From: Tubulanus polymorphus
Lineage: Eukaryota; Animalia; Nemertea
Reading direction: 5' to 3'
NCBI RefSeq assembly: GCF_964204645.1
Contig: NC_134035.1
Location: forward strand, 1,178,001-1,242,000
Length of the DNA stretch: 64,000 nt
Below, piece after piece: positions 38,801 to 53,400 of the stretch (its first letter is position 1; every line of letters starts with the position of its first letter). Under the pieces are notes generated by a model, which was not told the origin of the DNA, ran no database searches, and saw only the letters and a list, made by a program, of their open reading frames with translations. Made by a program: the position numbers and the translations under genes.

Positions 38801-41800
38801 ATCATAAAACACTCAGGGATGATATTTTCTCGAAAATTTTCAATTTACCGCCAGCATCTTAGGGTATGAATTAGTCAGCAATGAAAGGGCTAACAGTTAC
38901 TCAGTATATCATTGAGCATTGATGTTATTTTTAAATTCGATAAGTAAATAGCACCGAATTTTTACGACGGCGTGGATACTTACATCCGTGGTTCTCCACA
39001 GGAAATTCTCGCACGGAATATCTTCGCAGTGCCGCGTATCAACGATCGGTCCACACGGTCGACCGCCGTTCTCTACTGGTATTATCACTAAACGAGTACG
39101 TTTTTGTAGACCTGGAAAAATGAAGAATACACCGAGACTTTCAATTGGATCATTGTACACAAGTCGGGCAGCTCTGACCAACAGCCAGAAATATGGGTAA
39201 AGAGCTAATTTTTGTTACAAAGATTGCACGAGCTTCATACTATGGCATAGTCACACCATGCCATCAGGTTTAAGGATAAACAACTAAACAACTAAAATGA
39301 GTTTTAAACGTTTTTGAAAAGTTTCATGAAACTATGCCAAGGGGTTTGGAAAAAATTCTTATCAACTATAAGACCATCAAACATTGGGCCTATATAACAT
39401 TGTTCCTTCATAGCTGCTGCAATGGTAGATATCTATTTACCTTGGCCACATTTAGCTGAACAACTTTCCCATTGCGACCACGGCGATAGCTGACAATCGC
39501 CGGGACACGGTACGTGACAAGTACGTCGTCTGATCGGCATCGGTAACGTCTGCTGACAGTGGATACTTTGAGTGTATTCGGCGCCATCTATAACGCATGA
39601 TACGGGTCGTGCCTGAACACCCATACCGCACGTAGAATGACCTGAAACACAATTCATAATTCAGTACAATCTTTACGTGCAAATTATGCGAGAAACTGGT
39701 AGAAGCATATGTGGGAAAAGAAACATGGTAGTTAATGTTCACTGCCACCTTGATTCACGCGGTGCTGCCCCCAGTTACAACTACAAGATGTCTCATAGTT
39801 GGCACTAGAGCTATTACATTATTACATAGTCAGCCATTGTGTTCAAATATTAACCAATGCGCATTGAAAATGAATCAGAGTTTGTTCACGTCGCCAGCCA
39901 ATCAGGAACGGTTTCATTCCAACTGCCAGATTGCAAACATCTAACAGTGATTAAAGAAGGATCAGCTATGAGATATCACGTAGAGGCAATGGTGGCCGAA
40001 CCAGTATGAAAAATATATGAAAGTATGGAAGATATCTCGTAGGTCGCAGGGAGAATGTGTTTATGGCATGGTCTGGTTACAGATACTGCATGACTTTTGG
40101 ATAATCTTATAATGATATGGTGACAAATCTTGATAAAACTAAATAATAGGCTTTAAAAAAACCCATTTTTGGACTTAATTCTCAACGAAGCGTCGAACCA
40201 CAAGAATGTTAACGCTGGATCTATTACGAGTGAGCGCCTACCGTCGTTAAGCATACAGCTGCCCCACGTTCCTGTCTGCCATGAATACACCGGACACGGT
40301 TCAACACCGCACTCTAAACGCTCGGTCAGGTCCGTTCGTTTGATGTGCGGACATTGTACTGTAGCGTTGATTCTCGAATCTGTAAAACCGAACGATAGAT
40401 ATATATCAGCGCGGCGTCTTTTATTTGACTTGCTTTATCACTGACGATTCCCAGACATGCACATTGTTTTTTCTCTGACCTCATCAGCCAAAAATCCGAT
40501 CAATTAAAACAGTCAAATATGTAGAACATAGACGGAAACTGTTTGATTTTACACGCGATCTAGCAATCTCAACAAATTTCCCTGACTATTCCCTGACATG
40601 CTCATTGCTTTTCCTCACTTGATCTGCTAAGAATCCGATCAATTAACACAAATATGAAAGACATAGGTGGAAAGTGATTTTCCGTGCCATCTAGCAATCA
40701 CAAATTTACCTGACTTTTCTCGATGTTGAGCTGTTTTAGGCCATTCCCTCCCGGACATCTTTAAAGAAAAGATAATTCCCGAGAATTGTCGCCACTTACC
40801 TAAATTGACGAGCGAACGCGTTCGAATCATGAATCCTGGCGAATCGCCACAACTCTGCGAACAGGGACCGAAGTCGGACCACGGCGACAATACGCAGTCT
40901 CCGGCGCACGGTTTGAAACATCGTCTCTGATTATCGGGAGGAGCTCCGGCCAGTTTCAAACAGTTCGCTAGAAATAGAAATCATCGATGTCGTGCTTATG
41001 ACTTGTTCAGTAGAACATCAAAGTCATTCAAGGGTAAGTTCGTAATATAGGGCCAGCAGAAGCAAGTTGTCCATAATGTGAGCTCTTTGAGACCATAGCT
41101 ATCCTGCATTATATTTCAAAGGGATATAAGCAGAAGTGTTGGTATAATCTTAAGCTATCCTCAACAACATTTCAATTAGGGATAGAAGCAGGTAAAGTAC
41201 GAGTTTTGGAAAAACCTCAAAAAATATCATTGGCAAAATTTTTGGCCCACCTCCGCCAGCCTTGTATTACGACACATTAGACATTCTCACAACGCCATCA
41301 GGTTTGAAGTTGGATGTGGAACGATGTGTCTTACCTGGATCGACTTCTTTTCCGTCGCTGAAGCAAATAACGTCGCGTTTTTGAATTCCGATGCCGCAAC
41401 CGACCAGCGGAACTTTACAGACCTGCCACGGCCGGGAAATCCAATAAAACACCGGACATCGCGGCAAATTGGGACAAATACGATGTTCAGCTTCAGCACC
41501 TAAGAAAACAAATACACAAGTGATTTCTGTTTTGCGAAAGAGAACCTCAGCCGCGATCACACGCAGATGATTTGGCCTGGCACAATCAGGACACGGGCCC
41601 ATGTGAACAGTTGTTCTGGACCAAAAATACCCACGCGATCGCGGTTCTCAAGTTCATCGCCGAGCTTACCATTCTCATCGGTGTTCGGCGGGCACGAGTT
41701 GCCTCCGTGCATCGCGTGAATCATAACCGTTCGCACGCGCATCTGACTGCTTTCTGTACCGCACGATTGGCTACACGCCGACCAATCACTCCACTGTCCC

Positions 41801-41913
41801 ATTACGCAATCCTGCGGCTCGGGAATCCGACACACCTGCGAGTCGGCCGGACGTGTTGTTTCGTCGCAAAGTTTCGTGCCTTCTTTATAACCTGCAAAAC
41901 GATTATATATTTG

Positions 41914-41975
<62 letters not shown>

Positions 41976-43636
41976 CTTATATAGCACTATACTATAAGAT
42001 AGTCACGGTGGTAACAATAATACTCATCATGAAATTGTTAAGATACCATTGGAAAAGAAGAACATAATAACAGATTGTAAGACACGTTTTTTTTGCGATG
42101 GTAAAAGCTTTCTTAGAGTTACATATATTTTAAGATTTCGTTTGAAAGCATTGACAGTTGAGGATTCCTGAATACAGGAGGTAAACGTTCCATAGTCCAG
42201 TGAACTTAAAAAGTCATTTAAAGTTCAGATATAGGATGTAGAGCCAAATTATGGCTCCACTTGGATATTCTCAGAAATCGCGCAAAAAATTAAAACATGG
42301 CCGATGATGTCGTGCCAATTGATTGTTAAAAACACAACCATCTTTAAACTGATCAGAAAACATTCACATCAATACCGAGTGTCGAATTTCATTCTTATTT
42401 GACTTAAAATGTGAATCCCTCCTACAATTACTATGATGGACTTCATCTCCATCATACAATAAATGAATTCGATAACATAAGGTTCAACTTTCGAAAAACG
42501 GTTATAATCGAATTACGCCGATAATTTCACGATAACGAGCGCATCCCGTAGCCATTAGGAAATTCAAACCTGTTCAAACTCATTAAGTTAAACTCTGCGT
42601 TAGTCGTTTGGAAGGCAAACGAGGAAACGATTTCAAATTTTTAAAACGCCGTAAGACTCGATAGAGACGCCGAGAGACGCACGCAGGAAAGGGTCTAATC
42701 ACTCGTAGAAGTTTGATATCACGAATCGGAAGCAATTAAACTTTGCGATCGTCGTTCATTCGCTCGCGTGTTTCACGCATATAAACTGCTTTCGTGTAGA
42801 TTGAACGGTCTTCATTACGTCGTCGTCGTCGTACGACGGCGAAAAAAACATCAACAAATCAAGCTAATCGTTTTTCGAAACGGTTTAATTCGATGACGAT
42901 GACGACGATGGTTGTGTGAGAGAGAGAGAGTACTGACGGACGGGGTATAGGCCGGGGTATGTAGCGATTAAACACGAATTAACTGCTGCGTATTTTCGAT
43001 ACACGTTGATTTACTGTTCACAGCGCATCAACACGACACACGTCTATTTTCTTAGAATCGGTCGGAAATTTTATACACCGATATATCCATCGTGAAATAG
43101 TTCTTTAAGCCCGGCGCACGCTTGGTGGTTTTCAATAGTGAGCTGTATTTTCTTATTGTCGGCAACTTTGAATCGCCGACAATCACCGTTGGTCACCTGC
43201 GACTGATGATTATTGTTGCCAAATCGCATGCTGCAAAGTGGCGCTACGAGTTGTTGGTGCCTAGCGTGCAGCAGGCTTAAGGATTCCCTGAGTTTTCTGT
43301 GTTTTTGGTAAAATTTGTCAATTTCCCTGAATCCATTCTAAATTTTTCTGATTCCAGGGTATTCCAGGTCAGTAGCCACCGTGAACTAAGCCACTGGCCA
43401 CTAGTAAACAAAACACTATAAAACTGAATAACAGCTCTTATGTAGCTCTCTCACAGCGCCGGTGTGTCTCCTGGTTTTTTTTATGTGGATTGCGCTTTGC
43501 ATTTGTAATTTGTAAGGCGGCGGGGATGGTGAAAAAATAATGACTCCTCGCTATACGGCATTAATCCATGAAATCTGATATTTGTGAACAACATCTAAAT
43601 AATTCATCTCGGCTTCAGTTGAATACAGCGTATACG

Positions 43637-43675
<39 letters not shown>

Positions 43676-46600
43676 TATATATACACGCGCACGCTGTGAA
43701 AAACGAAATCATACCTAGTTCAATTTGAAGAACTATTTTCAATTTGAATATATCATTTCGGACTTTGAATCGAACTAGATTCCAAGAGCGGATCTTATTG
43801 TGAATACATGTACAAAGACAGGACAACTCAGGAGTGGATCCAGGGGGGGGGGGGTTCCTAGGGTTCTGGAATACCGTCAAGCTTTGTATGTGCCCTTGGA
43901 GATGCCCCTAAATCCATGGATTTTACATAAAAGTGCCCTTCCTTGTTTGGCATAATTAGGCATAGTAAGGGCCCCTGAAAACCCAGGTTTTACGTTAAGT
44001 GCCCTTTTTTGTCCATAGTCAATCTAGAGTGTATAATATACCCAGAAAGATAATCTACACGATCTATTTCAACCGAAATGATACAAAAGATGTATTTTGT
44101 CATCCTGATTAATTTTTCAGGGATTTCCAACAACCAGGAAAGGTTAATTTCGCTTTTAAGCCAGCTCATATTTTAGGCCCTTTGAGAAATTTGAATTATC
44201 CGTAAGTATTAGTTCTTGATCAAAGCTTTTGACAAAATCCATTTTAGTTTTCTCTGTTCTTTTGATATGATTTTAAGCCAATGAGCATATTTTCAATGGA
44301 ATGGTCGAATAAATCATAATTATAATTATTCGCATTTCATGTTTACAGTTTGGCGGTTTGCAATATCTACAGTGTATCTGGCAGGAGGCGACCGTACGAA
44401 ATCTCATCAGATCACGATCGATAAAATGAAGAAAAAAACCGTCCGCATCATGACATAATCATCCTCGGAAACATCCGCGTACTGCACCGTGTACCGCGTG
44501 GTGAAAACAGCCCCCGGCTCTAGACTTTAAGAAGGCTCAAGATGCATTCAACGTGAGGAGACACGCCGCGTCGAACTGTACGACGCAAAAATCCCTTCTT
44601 CCACACCTGCGGGCGAATCTACGCTACTGACCAATCTTGTCGTCGTCATCAGACTAACAGATTCTTATTCGACGCGATAAAGCAACCACCCACCTGAAGA
44701 CTTCTACGAACTCCGAGTCTGAGGAACATTCATATTGATACATACTGTGACCGAGTGACAACTTCGAAAAACTGATAGTTTCACTTCAAAGATCGCTTCA
44801 AGCTATGATTGATTTTGAAGACAATTGAACTGATGATATTACGTAACTTTACTTAAGTACTTTACTTTCTTATCGAAACTGATTTTAATCATCTACGATG
44901 AACTCGATCTGAAGAATATTCGCATCTTAGCTTCACTTAAAACGTGGTTTTTTAACTATGATTGATTTTGATGATTCTGCGTAAGTTTCTTTTTCAGACA
45001 CGACTAGTCTGAAGAATACTAGCTATAGAATACTAGCTATAGTAATTCAATTTCTATAGCTCTCAAATGCTCTCAATTTCACTTATGGCTGAATCACAGA
45101 TGATGCCTCCGACGTGCTGACTTCATAGATGGACATACATGTCTTCGACAAATGTCCACAAATAAAGCGCACAATTCTTCTCTCTCTCTCTCTCTTGATG
45201 GAATATTTGAACATCGTCGTTGACTGGGATACGTACCTGGTACCTTTTCGCAGAAAACATGTCTGGTTTGTAAACCGGTACGATTGTTTGGACTGTCGCC
45301 CTCGCAGGTACTCCACGCCGAATACTGCCAGTAGTGACGTTCGCACGGGATCTGATTGCACAACTGAGTCTCCGTCAATTCGTAATCTTCAACGCATTTA
45401 CCACCGGACTGGTTTACTGTATAAACAGAAAATATGATATTCACCCATCAATAAATGCTCTATTAACAGTAATATTACTCGATGTACTTTGGAGTGCACA
45501 TCATGTAAAAGCGGTTAATTTAGCCGAGTTCAATTGGTGCCCCACGGTGCCCGTGTCTTATTCGAGTATCTTAGGTCAAATCAAACAGTTTAACTATAAT
45601 GTGTCTTATTCAAGTATATTTCACTGTGTTTAACAGGTGCTGCCACCTTTCAATAGATATATAAATTACTAATCACGTCAATACACCACAATGCGGTGTA
45701 CTAGCAAAGTCCATCACCGATTATTACACCGCACTGCAGAGTAGATTCACTGAAAGGGTTAAGCTATAGTTTCTTCAGGAATACTGTAAACAACAGCACA
45801 GGAAAACCTACACGGTTTGCAGTATTATCATTTCAATGCAGAGCGTTTCATAAAGATCATCGACTATAAGGATTTTAATGTCATGAATTAGCGAGGATCG
45901 CGAGTTAGGGTCCCACGATGACCACTACGTGTAATAATGGTTTAAATACCTTCAATCTCTCGTTTTCTATACTGGGTACCGCCTTGAATACCGCACGACT
46001 TTGTACAAAGCGACCACTCGCTCCACGGCGACAGTTCGCATTGTTGCGGACATGGTTTCGTGCAGTGACGTCGATCGGCCGGTTTCGGAAGGTGCGAACA
46101 GTTGCCGTCGACGAGGTATTCATCCAACGAGCTCATACAGTAGACGACTCGAATTTGACTCCCAGTTCCGCATCTGACATTGTTCACATCCATGTAACAC
46201 ACTGACCATGAACCTTAATGAGAAAAAGTAACCATACACTACGAGTTATTATCATTGCTGTTATTGTCGTGTATTAACCCTGGAACTCCAGTGTCGAGAT
46301 TTAACCCTGGAACTCCAGTGTCGAGATTTAACCCTGGACCTCCAGTGTTGAGTATTAACCCTGGAAATCCAGTGTCGAGTATTAACCCTGGAACTCCAGT
46401 GTCCGCAGTTCTGAGTTAAGATCTGAATCATGAATGAACTCTAACTCATGTATAACTGTGGAATTGGATCCTGATTTCGACTCAGGAAGTGGATTCAAAT
46501 TTTCAAGTCTAAATAAAGAATCAAATGTTTTATCCAGAACAGTCTAAACCCGAGATCTACGAGCTGGTGATAAGGGGGAGGAGAGATGGAATGGCCAAGA

Positions 46601-47410
46601 GGTAATTTGTGACGATGCCGCCGCACGTAATCCGACGGAAGACAAACACATCTTATCGCGGATGATTATCGTCGAATGTTTGCGCCAACAATAGCGGACG
46701 AACGGAACCGAACGTCCGTACGAAATCATCCACGTTTATAACACGACACCCGTCGAGACGTCCGCGTCGTCTGTCGAAGTCACGTTTTTTTCCGCGCGTT
46801 TAATTTCCGCTTTCGACAGATTGAAAATCAGCCGACGCTCGACGACGGTCGACCGACGCCGGCCGATCTAATAAACCACGGACACAATCCCGTCGTTCAA
46901 ACATAGTTCGAGACAAAACGCGTGATCGGTACGAAAATTGATAAATCAAACAAGCTATAGGCAGCAACGGTTCTCGGGCCCGAACTCAGTTATTACACCA
47001 TGCATTAGTTCCCAATTGTATTTTGGATTTATCGTATCTAGGGCCAATAGCTAAATTTTGTCCAGACACCTTTTTGAATTTCGACCCCAGTTACGAGGTC
47101 ATCTTCGAGGTCATATCACTGAAGAAGTTTTTAGTGCCTAGTTCTGCCGCTAGGTGGCGAACTGGGTCGATTCTAATTATATCATATCCAAGTTTCATCG
47201 AGATCGACCCAATATTAATGAAGCTAAGTAGCTGAAAGACAGACAGAGACAGACGAAGACAGACATAGACAGACAGACACATAGACAGACGAAGACAGAC
47301 AGACGAAGACAGACAGACAAAGACAGACAAAGACAGACAGACACATAGACTGTCTATATGTCTGACTGTATGTCTGTCTATGTGTCTGTGTGTCTGTATG
47401 TCTGTTTATG

Positions 47411-47495
<85 letters not shown>

Positions 47496-50400
47496 TTCAG
47501 CTAGGAATATGAAAATCAAGATCTCGTAACTGAAGCCTGAGAACCAATAATTTCAAGAATGTCGTTTTAAACGAATGGAAAAATGGTTCTATTGTCGAAA
47601 CTGTTTATATACGCTGAAAGCGCGTGAAGCCGGTAAATATTTGGGCAAATTGATTTTGCCGTCGGTTGCCGCAGCAGCGGCTTTTAAGAGTTTCATCATG
47701 GCTTTTTGTAGCGAGAGATTAAAAACGCGGGCAAAGCAGACGACAGCGACGACGTTTAATGGACCGTTTGAGACGAGACCCGATATCGCACACTTTCGCA
47801 TAAACCTGCGCCATCAGTGTCGTTCGTTCGTGTCTATTATCTACGACGGTGAACGATGCGATCATAAAAAAACATATTTGTATAATCGAACTAAATAAGA
47901 CGCATGTAAGGCTGTCTGTGAGGCTCAGCGATATCGGTAACAACGTGGAAGTCATCAGCGGTAAAACATTTCATCGAATAAGAAATAGAATATGCTTTAA
48001 ATAAATCACTAATCAATAGGGGTAAGACTCTCAGTAACATCTTTCATATTTCTGTTCAAATTAATCAGTAATCAACAGTAAGACGCTCAGTAACATCTTT
48101 CATATTTATGTTCAAATGAATCAGTAATCAACAGCAAGACCCTCGGTAACATCTTTCATATTTCTGTCCAAATGAATGTTATGAAGAGGGGGTAATATAC
48201 TCTAGCAACACATATTTATGTTCAAAAAGGCCAAAAGAATATATCAGGACCAGTTGAGATAGCTCTGATGTATTCATAAGAAAGGCAATGGTAAAGAGTC
48301 AAAACATCCAACATCCGTAATGTTTCGACCCACTGAAAGTTGTGTCCCGCGTGACCCCAGTTTCAACGTCTATTCGACGGGGAGTATGTTTACTTTCGTT
48401 TTCGCTCTGTAAGGGTTAACGTCTGAAGAATGAACACAGTTTATCATCAGTGTCGTTTAGGTATTGGTTTTCATGATTTGATGGGATGCAGAGTCAACCA
48501 ACGCGGCATACCAATGAAGCGCGATACCATCTTTAGATAAAGATTTCTGTCATTGTGGCGCAGATATATGGCGCCGAAGCCCGGCAGGAAACCGAAACTT
48601 GGCGTGTACCCGAACTAAACGCTTCGCCATCGGTACTCGGGATAAATAACACTTATTCGTACATGTATTATTGATAACAGCGACACCGGTCAAATAAAAA
48701 GATGTACAACACGAAGGGGATGAGTGAAGAGCGCTGCGCAGTGATTGCCGCTAAACCGATAGAATAAACAGAAATCACGTCCGGCTTAGTTTCAAAGTTG
48801 CAGACAAAAATGCCATTAATGTTAAGCCCAGCGCGCTGGAGGATTTACCAAATGAACAATCGCGGGTATTTGCTTCAAGATGTCGTACGCTATGGTATAA
48901 ACGTCGAATGATAACAACAACACCGTTTTAATTATCACTGCGGGGGGGGGAGGGGAAAGGCATGGTAGACGTCATTGGATCCGTTGAAAATGTCATCTAC
49001 ATAGACTGACCACGTGAAGACAAAAAGTGTAATCAGAGGGTCTAAAATAATGAAACGAAATTTATAGGTGATGATTTGGCCCAGATCAAACCCCCTACCA
49101 GAGTCAAATTTGGCCCGTGCCTAATTAGAGACCACTCACTCGGTACAGAACAATGCTTGAACAAGGCGGAGCGAGTCACTCCGGGCACATGTAGCTAATT
49201 CACACGTTATCATATCACCCATACTAACATTTGGCTCGGTCGTGGTCCGATATTTTGGCCCTTACCCAAATTTGTGTTCGCAAATTACGAAATGATCGAG
49301 AATTCATATGGAACAATCGGCATCATATTGTCGCGAAGTGCTTCTCGTCGAGTAAAAACATGAAATTAATAGATAGATAACAGAACTGAACCACGATCGT
49401 CGTCGTCGTCAGTGATGATGTTGTCGACGTTTTGCAGTGTTTTTCTAAACCGTTCGAGCGACGCGCATTTGATAATAATTCACAGAATGTATTTTCTCTC
49501 CCTCTCTCTCTCTCTAGAACCCGACGGAAAATTCCTCGATAGTTTTAATTTCCTTTCGCGGCGTTCAACCGAGAATAACTCGAAACGCGCTGGAATCTAA
49601 TGAATTAGTCTTCGTCGGACGTGAAAATCCTCCTCATAAATTTCTCTCCCTCCCGAAAGCGACGCCAAAAAAAAAAAACTATCGAAACCACGACGACGAC
49701 GGTGAAAAACGTATTTCAATAATTCGGGCTGTTAATTCCGCTATTCGAGATTCTTTTGAACGAAATCGTCGTTTGAAACTAGATAATGATGGCAGACGAT
49801 CGGATCTTGCGGGCGGGCGGTGGATAGCGTCGTCGTGGGCGTCGTTATCGATGATATTGATAAAAAAACAAAGAGTAAATGATGCAATCAAGATGGCCGC
49901 TTTACGGCACCCGACGGCTAAATTCTATCATCGGCAGACGGACTCTACGTACGGAAAAATCATTCGCTGTCCCTTTATTTAGACCGGTCCAAATCTATTG
50001 GAACGATTTAAGATTTTTTGTCAGTGTGAAACCATTATTGGAGTGGGAGGGCTGACAGCTGATTTAGCTCTGGTTTCATCCTTCCCTGGTACGGGCCATA
50101 GTAGGAAGAAGGACTTAGAACGGACTCGTGAAGAATGAATGGGGGCTTTCTAGACTGACTTACCCGTATACCACCAGACACACGGGATATTTTCACATTG
50201 TTTTATTTCGTCCGATTGGCCGCACTGTTTCCCGCCGTATCGCGCTGGTTTCAACACAGGTCGTTGTCTACAATATATAAATTGTACGATAAGAAAATTA
50301 AGTACAGAAATCATAAATGAATCTTTTATATTTGAATAATATGTGTTCGGATTGTTAGCAGTGCAACTTTGATTAGAAGTGGGGAACTGGTTAGAAGTGG

Positions 50401-53400
50401 GGCACTGATTAGGAATGGGGCACTGATTAGAAATGGGGCACTGATTAGAAATGGGGTACTGGTTAGAAATTGGGTACTGGTTTTCAGACTTTTTAGGCTT
50501 GGGGACTTAACATTATTATGTTCACAATGAGGACCGAGTGTCTCATCAATGGCAATTGAGGATCCACCTGGTGCGCGATTGTGGCAAGCGACGATTCAAC
50601 AACGATCCACAAGGTGTCGCTAGTAGTTACTCAGTTATCCGCGCTCTGATTTATTCTACATTTCAATCGAGATTTAAAATCTCTGAAAGTAAATCTATTC
50701 ATCAATGAAAACAATACCGAACTGATAGGCTTCTTAAAAATAGATAATTTTGGTACGAAGAAAACACGTAACAAGTTTTTAGAATAACAACAACGTTGTT
50801 TGTTTATTTCCAACATTTCCGAGCAAAACATGAATGAAATTGAAAACAATTTCTCGAGAAAACAATCTTACTACACTACGTATATACATACAAATATATA
50901 TAGATATATAGGACGCATTGAATTCATTCTTTAAATGACTAACTGTTGCACTTTGTTCCGTAGATGATGCGATAACCTTCTCGACGAATGAGATAATCAG
51001 TGAATGAAATAGTAAATCATTTTATGAAATAATAATCAAAGCTGTCCTCTCTACAATCAGGTGATAAACTTATAAACTTCAGATATAATAAACAATGCCA
51101 TTTCGATCGATGATTTGGCCCGATTGATTAGTTTAAAAATGTTCACAGAACGACTCTACTTTCGTTAGCCATAGTAACGCAACTTTAATACGTGTTTCAT
51201 GAAATGGGCCCCAGGGCCAATTTCACAGACTTTGCGAGTTGAAGAGATGAAATAAGTTAGGGGGAGTTGGGAGAGTTGAAATGAGTTATTTTTCTTCAAG
51301 TCATATTCTCTTCAAAACAGTTATGAAACAGGGCATGTTTTGTTAACATCGGTATCATTTTTTTTTTTCATGAAAAATGATTTTTTTCCGGTTCAACGGG
51401 CTTCTGGATATTTAAATGATTAAAATTCATCGACAAATATCATGACTAACAAATCTTTGTAAGTTATTCTATGAAATGCGATTCTATAATGGGTGAATCT
51501 AAAAATGAATTTCCGATAAAAAATCTTTCAATTCGATGTCAAATATCTCATGCACTTCATCAAAAATGATTTCATGTATACATTTCATGTAAAGGTTGAC
51601 TTGACATTCATCATGCATTTCAAGAAAAGTCATCATCTTGATAGCTATAAAAAAATCGGGGCGAATTTTACACCTTATAGCGGAAACATCCGTTACGGTT
51701 CCGATAAAAATATGAACAATCTTTAAACGTTTTACTGAGAAAAAATAGGATTCCGAATCTTTTTTCTGAAATCGCGCGCATAAAATTCAAAATTCTTGAA
51801 AATTGTCAAGTGGACGACACACAAATATTGACGTGAACCCGAGCGTAATCGAGAAAAAGTCGCGAACGAATTCTCAGAAAATAAAAACAACAACCTCTCG
51901 AAATCAACGAGCTTGACATAAACCGAACTATGAGCTTCAACTCGAGAGCGAACACGCCACTTCACGACGCGTTGAAATAAATTCACCGCGATATCATTTT
52001 TTGGCACCTACGACAAAACGCCGGATCAATCGATGCAATATAAGCATATATTTATATATACTCTCGGCGATCGTATTTCCTGTTAAACAGATCCCGTAAA
52101 ATATGAATTATCTCTTCATATTTCAACCCAGGAAATAATATGAAACCGAAGACGAAACAATTTATAGTCGGTGGTAATATAGTAGGCATCGCGCCACGCC
52201 TAGTATCAATTCTAATAAACATTACTCGGGATTTGATACACCAGTAAAATATCTGTAAATAAATAAATGTCTGTGTGTGCGTGTGTCTCTCTGTCTATCT
52301 ATCTGTCTATCTAGCTACCTGGCTGTCTGTCTATCTGCCTGTCTTGTCTATCTAGCTACCTGGCTGTCTGTCTATCTGCCTGTCTTGTCTATCAAACTAC
52401 TGTCTATCTCCTTATTGGTTAACAACTTGTCTGTGTTCATCCTTGTCTGTCTATGTGTCTGCTGTATGCCTGTCTATTATGTCTGTCTACCAGTCTGTCC
52501 GCTGTCAGTCTATGTCTACCAGTCTATCAGCTGTCAGTCTATGTGCCCACATCTCTCTGCCCGTCTGTCAGTGAATTCACTCACTGTTTCATAAGTATCA
52601 AGTGCCCCGGAGACAAACGCTTAAAATGAACTGAAATGGAAATATTTGTTCGAACTGAAATTCATTCATCGCGATACTATTTATAAAATTCGCCCATGGA
52701 CAAATGCGGAGTTCACAAGATGAGATAAGTTTCGCTAAATTTTTTCTCTCCGTCGGAATGAAGGTTCTTTTTATCGATATTGAGGAGGAGGAGGACATCT
52801 TCAGATCAAAAACGCTGCGATAGTGGAAATGAAACCCGCACGCACTGAGCTGAGATGTAGGCGGCGGTGGGTCGGATTTCCTGCGCACTTTTAGCCGCGA
52901 TTCAAGAAGACTTGACATCGGTGGTTTAGACCCTGAGGTTTGACATCCATTTCGAGTAAACCTACGTCAAACGACCCACAGCCACAGACTGAACTAAAAA
53001 TCATTGTTCTATCTATATGTGTATTGCATTACAAAGGCAAAATTCATGTCTGACAAATTGAAAGTTTTTTTTTCCATCAAAGTATTCGATCAGCCGCAGG
53101 TGTCGAACTGGAAACCCCTGGTGTTTATTACGAGGTGTAATGTTTACCTGACGCAGGCGGCACGGCGTGAAAACTTATCCATATTTGAAACCCAACAGCG
53201 ATTAAACAATAGAACGATAATATATCTATGAACTATGTAAGGAATGATGCTTTAAGCGCTATAGACAACGTTTATTTAAGTTAAGAACTCCTATTTTTAG
53301 GGTTTTCTGACTTTCGTCGAAAACCCTCTTGAAATTCTGTTGATTATTATTATGATTATATATTTTCCGCCGATTTGGTCGAATAAAATTCATCTTCATT

